A stretch of DNA of 24,246 nt from Bdellovibrionia bacterium. GTDB taxonomy: Bacteria > Bdellovibrionota > UBA1018. Position numbers and translations under genes: made by a program. Below, in pieces: positions 8,325 through 16,228 of this stretch. The notes under the pieces are model-generated. The model was given only the letters and a program-made list of their open reading frames with translations. It ran no database searches and was not told the DNA's origin. The number at the start of each line of letters is the position of its first letter. Position 1 is the first letter of the stretch. Location of the stretch: positions 1 through 24,246 of the forward strand of contig JBJMMA010000129.1 of the NCBI GenBank assembly GCA_045805065.1. Reading direction: 5' to 3'.

Positions 8325-10234
8325 GTTGAGAGAGGAAGCTCGACAATAAAGGTCGCACCCTTGCCAAGAGCGCTCTCCACGTGAATAGTTCCAGCGTGAA
8401 GTTCGATGATCTGGCGAGTGATATAAAGCCCAAGCCCGAGACCGCTGATTTCATTGGCTGAGACTGCTCGTTCAAAACGATTGAAAATCCGCTCGTGGTT
8501 CTCTGGAGCAATGCCTGCCCCCTCATCCTTCACACTGAGCACGGCTACCTTGGCATCTTGGGATTTTCTCAGGCTTACCTGAATGGGTTTTCCCTTTGCG
8601 TACTTGATGGCGTTTGAAATCAAATTTGTCAGGACCTGGTCGATTCGGAATCGGTCCCAGTTTCCGATTACATTTGGCTCGAGCGAAGTACTCGCCCGGC
8701 AACCTGCTTCGGAGAATTGCTCATCAAATCTTTCCAGCACCTCAAGCACGAGAGCAGATAAAGAAAAACGTTCCGGATCAATGGGAAGCTTGCCCGCACT
8801 GATACGAGTCAGATCAAGCATGTCTTCGACCAGATGATTCAGTCTTCCCATCTGATCATCGCAACTGGCGAGCAGTCTCTGAATGCGGGCGGGCTCACAC
8901 ACAGAAACATCACCCTTGGATATTTTTCGAAGAGCCGTCTGGGTCTGAAGTCTCAGCGTGGTCAGTGGCGTCTTTAATTCGTGTGAACAAATATCAATCA
9001 GTTCTTGCCGTGCGTGCAGAGCTTCTTCAAGCTGACGATTGGCCTGCCTGAGATCCCCTAAAGCCTTCTCACGGTCGCTGACATCACGGTACACAATAGC
9101 AACTTCAGTGACACGACCTGAAAGATCGCGAAGAGGGAAGAAATCCGACTCGAGCCAGCGCGGCCGTCCCATTTTTCCGCTGAGGGCGGGATCATAATAA
9201 AATGCGGGCGCCTGAACAGCCTCACCCTGTAGCGCTCTTCTAAAAACGTGAGCGACGCCAATCGCTTCGGCTTGTGGATCTTTCAAGAGATTGTAGTCGT
9301 TCAGTTGATCCAGTGTCGCCTCAAAAAGCTTTTCCCAGGCCGGATTCGCTTCGCGCGAAGAACCATCGGCCGCATAGATATGCAACGGGAGTGAGCTTTG
9401 ATTAAAGAAAGCTCGAAATCTTCCCTCAGCCTCCCGCTGGGACTCCTCAAGTTTTTTCCTGTCTGAGATATTTTGAACCAACGAAACGACGCCCCGACAC
9501 TGCCCATCCGGGCCCATATCAGGTGCAAACGTGACTTCAATCCACCTTGATTCGTGTTCGTAGTGCGCAAGCATCTGCCAGTTCTGGGCTTCGCCTTGCA
9601 TGGCTTTATCCAGCCTCGCTTTGACACTTTCAAAGTGTTTGTCGCCTAAGACTTCACGAATGGGCCGATTGAGCATGGATTGAAGTGGGCGCTCAAACCA
9701 GCTCTCATAACGAGCATTCACAAAACGAAAGCAGAGTTCGGGATCAATATACCCAATCAGCGCGGGAACCGCGTCCGTGATCAGGCGCAGTTGCTGTTCA
9801 CGGGACTGAACTTGCTCGGTCGCCTCGTGAAGATCATGGATATCAGCGGTTGTCCCGAGCCAATAACGAATCTCGCCCTCAGAATCCCGAATCGGAACAA
9901 CACGACCGAGAAACCAGCGATATTGGTTCGAATGATTTCTCAGGCGGTATTCATGGACAATGAGCTCACCGGTTTTAAAGCCCTGCTCCCACTTCTTTAA
10001 AACCGCTTCACGATCTTCTGGATGAATGACTTCGACAGGCTGGGCATCGTTGTAATGCTCTGGACGAAGCCCTGTGTAATCCCACCAGCGATCATTATAG
10101 AAAGTCACTTTTCCGATACAGTCGGTAGTCCAAACGATCTGTGGTAAACAGTTGAGGATAGTCAGAAGCTCGGCTTGAATCCCTTCTTGCCCGAGCTGCA
10201 CCAGTTGTTCCGGAATAAATCCTTCGTTAGACAA
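8321..10234 (-). CDS. Cytoplasmic multi-PAS sensor histidine kinase
   Basis: Three PAS/PAC blocks, H-box SHELKTPLT, N-box NLISNAIKY, DEGAGI and GLGLGL. TTG start after GGAG. No TM segment seen. Confidence 0.93.
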   Translation of the reverse strand: MSNEGFIPEQLVQLGQEGIQAELLTILNCLPQIVWTTDCIGKVTFYNDRWWDYTGLRPEHYNDAQPVEVIHPEDREAVLKKWEQGFKTGELIVHEYRLRNHSNQYRWFLGRVVPIRDSEGEIRYWLGTTADIHDLHEATEQVQSREQQLRLITDAVPALIGYIDPELCFRFVNARYESWFERPLQSMLNRPIREVLGDKHFESVKARLDKAMQGEAQNWQMLAHYEHESRWIEVTFAPDMGPDGQCRGVVSLVQNISDRKKLEESQREAEGRFRAFFNQSSLPLHIYAADGSSREANPAWEKLFEATLDQLNDYNLLKDPQAEAIGVAHVFRRALQGEAVQAPAFYYDPALSGKMGRPRWLESDFFPLRDLSGRVTEVAIVYRDVSDREKALGDLRQANRQLEEALHARQELIDICSHELKTPLTTLRLQTQTALRKISKGDVSVCEPARIQRLLASCDDQMGRLNHLVEDMLDLTRISAGKLPIDPERFSLSALVLEVLERFDEQFSEAGCRASTSLEPNVIGNWDRFRIDQVLTNLISNAIKYAKGKPIQVSLRKSQDAKVAVLSVKDEGAGIAPENHERIFNRFERAVSANEISGLGLGLYITRQIIELHAGTIHVESALGKGATFIVELPLST

Positions 10235-10317
10235 CGCCTCAACTCCTTCAGAAGTTGCATCTATATTGCCAGGACCACAAAAGTTGTCAATTATAGTCTA
10301 TTTTTCATAGGAAGAGC

Positions 10318-10833
10318 TCACTTTGATACGCACTTGCGAACTGTGTCCCAGGTTCGTGTGGTGATTTCGTTGCCAAACGTTTTTTCAATCAAGACCATGA
10401 AAACAGGATTCCCAGGAGAAGGCTGATAGGCGCTGAATGCTTCGCGCCCCTGGATTTTGAGAATGGAAGCCTCGTCCTTTTGAACTGGAAGCTTGATTCC
10501 ACGCGGAGCTGTTTTCTTAAAAAACGTCACCACGCGCTTATCCTTGGGTCCTAGCTTGAACTCACTGAATGGATCCGAATCCAGCATTTTCTGCAGCTCA
10601 GAAACGGATCGAACGATGGTTGAGAAACCTCGTCCAAGCCTTTGCTCAGTTGCCTTTTCTATTCGGCGTTCAAGTGCTTCGTTGTCTGCTCCTCGCGAAT
10701 CAAATACAGCATTGCCACTCGAGAGCACTGTCACGACATCCGTGAATCCCTCCTGCTCAAGACATTTCTTGAGCTCGGGCATCTTGAGGTTCATCGGACT
10801 TACTCCGCGAAGAAAGGCGACATAACGTGGCAT
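10318..10833 (-). CDS. DUF1697 family protein
   Basis: RYVAFLRGVSP, LKM.ELK, LSSGNAVF and ITTRTWDTV. Confidence 0.88.
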   Translation of the reverse strand: MPRYVAFLRGVSPMNLKMPELKKCLEQEGFTDVVTVLSSGNAVFDSRGADNEALERRIEKATEQRLGRGFSTIVRSVSELQKMLDSDPFSEFKLGPKDKRVVTFFKKTAPRGIKLPVQKDEASILKIQGREAFSAYQPSPGNPVFMVLIEKTFGNEITTRTWDTVRKCVSK

Positions 10834-10888
10834 CGTTCAGTTGATCTCCGTTCTTTCTACATTTACCATAGAATGGAGACCCAACACT

Positions 10889-11104
10889 ATGGATGACTTC
10901 AGCGATTTGGAAATGGAACGCTATCTCTCAACTCTCAAGCGTGGCATTGAGAGGCGCAAAAGCATGGTTGCCAGCAATGAGGACATCGCTGGCACGCATG
11001 AAAGCCTCGAAGGCGATTGGGACGAATGGATGTGCATGGACTGCGGAATCTTCATGAAGGGAGAGCGCTCGAATTGCCGGCGCTGCGGACTCTCGCGGTT
11101 CTGA
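10889..11104 (+). CDS. Small protein with a C-terminal RanBP2-like C4 zinc finger
   Basis: 71 aa after a GGAG RBS, containing WMCMDCGIFMKGERSNCRRCGLSR (W-x-C-x2-C-x10-C-x2-C). Confidence 0.7.
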   Translation: MDDFSDLEMERYLSTLKRGIERRKSMVASNEDIAGTHESLEGDWDEWMCMDCGIFMKGERSNCRRCGLSRF

Positions 11105-11123
11105 ATTTGCATTTTATGGGTTC

Positions 11124-11279
11124 ATGCGTCCCCCACAAAAACCTCATGATAGCGAAAAAAAAGCAGTCGTAAGCAAACGGCAAGGCAAGCGGACGGTTCC
11201 CATCTCCGCAAAACACACCCGCTCCTACGGTCCTCCTCAGACCTCGGGGCGAAGCCGTAATTCACGTCGTTCTGCCTGA
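11124..11279 (+). CDS. Possible 51-aa basic small protein
   Basis: Hand translation gives MRPPQKPHDSEKKAVVSKRQGKRTVPISAKHTRSYGPPQTSGRSRNSRRSA. It fills the gap neatly but the RBS is weak. Confidence 0.35.
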   Translation: MRPPQKPHDSEKKAVVSKRQGKRTVPISAKHTRSYGPPQTSGRSRNSRRSA

Positions 11280-11296
11280 AGCGGCCTGACAAGAGA

Positions 11297-13294
11297 TCAA
11301 TGCAGTTTTAGGGCTTTCTCAATTTGGTCGAGCCGCGACTTGAGGTCATTGACCTCACTCGAGAGTGCCGCATTCTCCTGACGAAGCTTTTCGTTCAAAG
11401 AAGCAATATCCCGCGCGCCACCACCACTTAAGCCCAGGCCCACAGCAACGTTTACGCGCTTCAGACCTGGATCGTCTGAGGCTTCCCACGCAGTGCCCAC
11501 GGCTCTTTGAGCCATATCGAAAGTGACATCTTTTCTGGCAACCGCTCTGCCCGTGCCATCGCCATTTCCGATGATTAAGTCACCAAGATGAACTTGGCCT
11601 TTCACCAGCACTGGCAACTGGCCTGCGAAGGCTACAAGAATGGATTTTGCGGGATCCAGAATGTCGTTGCCCACGAAGGCTGCCTTTTTCTCAGAAGAAA
11701 CGACTACGTAAATTCCTTTATATTGGATCACGGAACCCATTTCAGGTTTAGGACCATTTTTCCACTCGACCCATTCGGCGAAGTCCGCACCGCCAGCGTT
11801 CATTGATCCAGCCATATTGATGGATCGACTTGTGGCAGCATCCTTCCCAACGTACAAACTGGCGCCAGCAGCAGTATTCCATCCGCTAGCCTGGCCGACC
11901 ACAGTTAAAGTCCCAGAAAACTGGCTTGGGACGGTACTATCGGCAGTATACAAAGCCCATTTATTAGTCGCCTGGACGTTGCCAATATAAACGCCGTAAC
12001 CATTGTCGACCAATTTATGGGCACCTGAGATACCAGGATCAGCTGAGGCTGGCTGAATCTCAAAATGCCCCCCATAAGCTGTGGTAATAGTGCCAGCTGG
12101 CTTATAATTGAAAACACGGCCTCTCACACCATACGCAGCCGTGATCGTCCCATTGGTTTCGTTATTGACTGTACCGCTCAAACCGATTGCTGAGGTAATC
12201 ACGCCTGACCCACCTGTAACGTTTCTCGCGGTAGCTTCGACGGCAACGGAATTCGACAGCGTTGCCGTAGGCTCATACCAGACGGAAATTCCTGAAAGCG
12301 CACTGATTCCACTTGTGAGATTTCTATCAGCTCCACTGCTAGCGGACCTGAAGATACCTGCGGAAAAGGTAGAAGCGCTTGCTGCAGGAGGATCAATAAC
12401 CTGCCAAGCAAAGATGTTTGCTGCCTGGGTATTAGTGGCAGTATCAGTCCGGGTGTCTTGAACGAACAGTTTTGCCGAGGGACCGGTCGTCCCAATTCCA
12501 ACATACTTAGTGAGAGGATCTTCCCAAATCTCACTTGAGGTAAGCACGGTGCTTGAGGTCCACTTGGCCAGCATGTTCCCAACACCGGTTTGCAAATCAG
12601 CCGGAAAGGGAACTGAAAATGCCACCTTTCCAGTCATAGTATTGATGGTAGGCATCGACATCCCGGCTGGAATTGTAATCCCGCTCCGCTGCTCTAAATT
12701 GTAATGCACTGTGATCGTAGTCGCTCGATCACACGTGTTCGCATCGCTTGGACAAAGCGGATCAAAGTAGGCATAAGCGATCACTGGGCAGTTGATCGAA
12801 GGTGGCGTAGTTGCGGCATTTCCACAGAGAGCACCCATCGTATCGTAGACAGCAGCGTTTGCAACGCTGGGACCTGCAACAGGGTTTCCCATCGCATCGG
12901 TCAAAGTAAAGCCATAACTCTTATGTGCACCCGTAACGGGATCCCTTGCCACGCAACCGTTGGACACTAACCCATTCACGCATTTTTCGATCCAGCTTCC
13001 TGTTCCGTTTGCGGGAAAGGTTCCGCCGGCGTAATCCACACTTTTGCCGAGAGCGGTTGAATTGCCTGCCTCACGTCCGATTCTCGTGGCGAGCTGATCG
13101 CGGGTAGCAACGGTTCTCGTACCGCGAACCGACTGGTTCATATTGTTCATCATGCTCGACATGGAAAGCATGACGACGCTGCCCACTGCAGCGGCGATCA
13201 TCACCTCAACAAGGCCGAAGCCCTTTGAGTCGCTTAACAGTCTCAGAGGATCTCTCCGTTTGCGCAGTGATGCAGTTTCTTTCGTTTCGCCCAT
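11297..13294 (-). CDS. Type IV prepilin-like protein fused to a tail-fibre-like shaft and a C-terminal intramolecular chaperone / coiled coil
   Basis: Basic leader then KG|FGLVEVMIAAAV, a six-Cys head, VGIGTTGPSAKLFV, G/A/T-rich beta repeats, GADFAEW and a terminal heptad coil. GAGG RBS upstream. Confidence 0.85.
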   Translation of the reverse strand: MGETKETASLRKRRDPLRLLSDSKGFGLVEVMIAAAVGSVVMLSMSSMMNNMNQSVRGTRTVATRDQLATRIGREAGNSTALGKSVDYAGGTFPANGTGSWIEKCVNGLVSNGCVARDPVTGAHKSYGFTLTDAMGNPVAGPSVANAAVYDTMGALCGNAATTPPSINCPVIAYAYFDPLCPSDANTCDRATTITVHYNLEQRSGITIPAGMSMPTINTMTGKVAFSVPFPADLQTGVGNMLAKWTSSTVLTSSEIWEDPLTKYVGIGTTGPSAKLFVQDTRTDTATNTQAANIFAWQVIDPPAASASTFSAGIFRSASSGADRNLTSGISALSGISVWYEPTATLSNSVAVEATARNVTGGSGVITSAIGLSGTVNNETNGTITAAYGVRGRVFNYKPAGTITTAYGGHFEIQPASADPGISGAHKLVDNGYGVYIGNVQATNKWALYTADSTVPSQFSGTLTVVGQASGWNTAAGASLYVGKDAATSRSINMAGSMNAGGADFAEWVEWKNGPKPEMGSVIQYKGIYVVVSSEKKAAFVGNDILDPAKSILVAFAGQLPVLVKGQVHLGDLIIGNGDGTGRAVARKDVTFDMAQRAVGTAWEASDDPGLKRVNVAVGLGLSGGGARDIASLNEKLRQENAALSSEVNDLKSRLDQIEKALKLH

Positions 13295-13678
13295 AACCTC
13301 TTTGACCCGTCTTGAACGGTGATCTGTGAACGGTGACAGGTAGGATGTAAAACCGGATGCAAAGCCAACGTACCTGATTCATCCGCAGAATTTTCTATTG
13401 TCTATTAATCGTAATTTTTTGAAAAAAACTTCACAACGTGTCGCAAATGACGGGGCGATTTCTTAAGTACACAACTCCACTAGATCAATTGTTCTAGCGG
13501 AAATTTGCGATAAAAATGCGTTTTTTTGTAAATGAGAGTTATGTTGGCTTTTCCACTTTGCAATTAAATAAAGATCTGCAACATATTCAGTTAACTTCGC
13601 TATAACGAACTTAGTTGAGTTTCGCTCGACGATTCTCATACCCGTGCATCAGCGGGGTCGCTATTAAAAGCTCAGAAC
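13295..13678. promoter_or_regulatory. AT-rich upstream control region of the pilin-fibre gene
   Basis: Longest intergenic gap in the window. It holds a TGAACGGTGA direct repeat (13313, 13327), a tandem GGATGTAAAACC/GGATGCAAAGCC (13343-13366) and the palindrome CTAGATCAATTGTTCTAG (13480-13497). Confidence 0.6.
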
Positions 13679-13921
13679 TTAAGCGGCCTTACGTCTTCGC
13701 TTTGAGCCCGTGCTCTTCTTTCGGCGAGAAGAGGTCGTTTTCTTACGACCTCGCGAAGGAACCTTCTTGCCCGAGCGGCGAGCTTCAGAGAGCCCGATAG
13801 CAATGGCCTGTCTGCGGCTTTTCACCTTCGGGCCCTTCTTTCCGCTTCTCAATTTGCCCTTCTTTTTCTCATGAAGCGCTTTTCCAACACTTTTGCGAGA
13901 ACTTTGACTGTATCGTGCCAT
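13679..13921 (-). CDS. Small Lys/Arg-rich protein, DUF6496-like
   Basis: 80 aa with GKLRSG, KVKSRRQAIAIGLSEARRSGKKVP and a basic tail. AGGAG RBS upstream. Confidence 0.85.
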   Translation of the reverse strand: MARYSQSSRKSVGKALHEKKKGKLRSGKKGPKVKSRRQAIAIGLSEARRSGKKVPSRGRKKTTSSRRKKSTGSKRRRKAA

Positions 13922-13937
13922 CTCTTTTTCTCCTAAT

Positions 13938-14447
13938 CTAAGCTGCGATTCGTTCTTCAGCCGAATACACACCCGAAAGCGCGGCTCCGTATACTAGATG
14001 GGATAGCAATGCATACGCATGCGTCGCTCCATCCACTTTCCAAGGTGGAGGAGAAAGCCCGGCAACGGAAACGCCGATTTCATCGGCGATGAGCCAGACC
14101 AGGCTTCCGTAAATCAAGCCCCGGCCCACGGCCCCTTGAGGAAGTGTGCTTGCGAGAGCGCCGAAACCTCCCCCCATCAAGGTCCCAAAAGCGTAGTGCA
14201 CCCATTGACCTGCTTGATCCTTTTTATCTTTGGGTAGCCCGCTATGGCGCACAGTAGAATAGATTTTATCCGCGACTTTTGTGGTCGTTGCCTCCCCCTC
14301 CTCGCTTGACTCATCTTTTTTCTCCCCGGATGAGTTTCCTTTTACTTTCTGCATGAGCGGCTGAGTGCGGTTTTGAAACTGCGTCATAACGACCGTTGCT
14401 GCTGCACCGGCCAGAGCGCCAAAGAGAACATTTCTCACCATTGCCAT
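13938..14447 (-). CDS. DUF1440-like membrane protein
   Basis: GALAGAAAT, VHYAFG, WLIADE and LLSHLVYG. GAGG RBS before ATG 14447. Confidence 0.8.
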   Translation of the reverse strand: MAMVRNVLFGALAGAAATVVMTQFQNRTQPLMQKVKGNSSGEKKDESSEEGEATTTKVADKIYSTVRHSGLPKDKKDQAGQWVHYAFGTLMGGGFGALASTLPQGAVGRGLIYGSLVWLIADEIGVSVAGLSPPPWKVDGATHAYALLSHLVYGAALSGVYSAEERIAA

Positions 14448-14541
14448 GAGGACACCTCTAGTATTTGTTTTCTCTTTTTGATGCAGGAGGCTTGCCGGCA
14501 GTAAACTTGCAGAAGCGGCCGGCGGCAAGGAGAACTCCGCA

Positions 14542-15615
14542 ATGGCTCAGGGTCCGCAAAATAACGAAGACGGAAAAGAAAGAAATTTGGAGAGTGATCA
14601 ATACTCACGCCGCGAAATGATCGAGGAGCTTGGGGCAGTGATTGCTTCTGTTGCGTTAGCATCTCCTTTAGCATCGGCTCAACAGCCCTCCGCAAGACCT
14701 TCGTCATCTCCTCAACGCACCCAGCATATTGCGGAACCTTTGCAGGACCCAACAACAAAATACCCGCGCCCTCCTTTCCAAAAACAATCCCAGCCTTGGC
14801 CGGGCCTTGCTGGAAAAATGAATCCAAAACCAGATCACGGCGAGAAAAGCTATGTCGGATCAGGAAGGCTTCGGGGCCGAAAGGCCCTGATCACAGGAGG
14901 AGATTCGGGAATCGGCCGAGCAGCCGCCATTGCTTATGCCCGAGAGGGCGCTGATGTCGCGATCAATTATTTTCCAACTGAAGAGCCAGATGCCCATGAA
15001 GTGATCGAGCTCATTAGAGCCGAAGGTCGAGTGGCGGTTGCGATCCCAGGCGATCTTCGGGATGAGGCGTTTTGCAAACGCTTGGTCGAGGAAGCCGTCC
15101 GCGGCCTAAGTGGACTTGATATCGTTGTCAGCAACGCTGCAAGACAGCAATCGCACGAATCGATTCTTGATATTACGACCGAGCAATTTGATGCGACGAT
15201 GAAAACCAATATCTATGCGCCGTTCTGGATCATCAAAGCGGCCCTTCCTCATCTGAAACCAGGCTCAATAATTATCGGAACCACTTCCGAGCAAGCCTAT
15301 AATCCATCGCCCAATCTCTATGACTATGCTCAAACCAAAGCTGCAACGATGAACTATGTCAAATCTCTCGCAAAGCAATTGGGCCCAAAAGGCATTCGAG
15401 TCAATGGTGTTGCCCCCGGACCAATCTGGACGCCTCTTCAAGTCAGCGGCGGATCCACTCAGGACCGACTCCAGCACTTCGGACAGAGCACATCACTGGG
15501 TCGTCCAGGGCAGCCAGTCGAACTCGCATCGATCTTTGTCACGCTTGCCGCAGCTGACGCGAGCTTTACGACTGGCAACATCTATGGATGCTCGGGTGGC
15601 ACAGGCCAGCCTTAA
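14542..15615 (+). CDS. Classical SDR oxidoreductase, YghA/YdaD-like, with a Tat-like leader
   Basis: PDHGEKSYVGSGRL, TGGDSGIG, YAQTK (YxxxK) and NGVAPGPIWTPL. AAGGAG RBS upstream. Confidence 0.92.
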   Translation: MAQGPQNNEDGKERNLESDQYSRREMIEELGAVIASVALASPLASAQQPSARPSSSPQRTQHIAEPLQDPTTKYPRPPFQKQSQPWPGLAGKMNPKPDHGEKSYVGSGRLRGRKALITGGDSGIGRAAAIAYAREGADVAINYFPTEEPDAHEVIELIRAEGRVAVAIPGDLRDEAFCKRLVEEAVRGLSGLDIVVSNAARQQSHESILDITTEQFDATMKTNIYAPFWIIKAALPHLKPGSIIIGTTSEQAYNPSPNLYDYAQTKAATMNYVKSLAKQLGPKGIRVNGVAPGPIWTPLQVSGGSTQDRLQHFGQSTSLGRPGQPVELASIFVTLAAADASFTTGNIYGCSGGTGQP

Positions 15616-15656
15616 TAGCTTGTTGCGTACTCGCCGTAGCCACTACGAACGCGGAC

Positions 15657-16160
15657 TCACCTCGAAAGGAGCCGTGATCTGATTAAGGATACGATTTCAG
15701 AAATGGATTTTTCGCCATCAATCCAAAGAACTTCTTCATCTGATTGAGGGGGCTCAAGCGCCTCAAATTGGCTTTGAATGAGACTTTCAGGCATGAAGTG
15801 ACCGATGCGCCGATGCATCCGATCGCGTGCGAGCTCGAGACTGACATTCAAAAACACAAAGTGAACGTCGCGAGGAGAAAGTCCCAAACGCATTCGGTCA
15901 CGATAACTTTTCTTCAGCGCAGAACAGCTGATCACGGCATCTTGGCGAGCACTTAAAAGCTCGGTAAAACGATGATGGAGCTTGGATAACCATTCTGCGC
16001 GATCTTCATCCGCAAGGGCAATCCCGTGCCGCATCTTCTCAATGGCTGCCTGGGAATGAAAAAGATCTCCCTCAATAAAAAGCCAACCCAGCTCAGCCGC
16101 AAGCGCTCGGCCTACCGTCGTCTTTCCAGAGCCTGCCACTCCCATAATGACAATGAGCAT
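15657..16160 (-). CDS. gntK: Gluconokinase (GntK/IdnK family)
   Basis: MGVAGSGKTT P-loop, GDLFH, CSALKKSYR and HFMPESLIQSQFEALE. Confidence 0.92.
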   Translation of the reverse strand: MLIVIMGVAGSGKTTVGRALAAELGWLFIEGDLFHSQAAIEKMRHGIALADEDRAEWLSKLHHRFTELLSARQDAVISCSALKKSYRDRMRLGLSPRDVHFVFLNVSLELARDRMHRRIGHFMPESLIQSQFEALEPPQSDEEVLWIDGEKSISEIVSLIRSRLLSR

Positions 16161-16228
16161 GACTGGCTACTGACTGCAATTTTCAGAGCAATTTTTAGGG
16201 CAAGCTTTACGGCGACAAAACAGGGCTC

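Noticed and set aside
11297..13294. Prophage remnant as the explanation for the fibre domains
   Set aside because: There are no other phage genes, integrase or att-like repeats, and an intact prepilin signal points to a host protein.
13337..13376. GGATGCAAAGCC resembles part of a c-di-GMP-I riboswitch
   Set aside because: It lies antisense to the downstream pilin gene, and I could not find the GNRA tetraloop stem or the rest of the fold.
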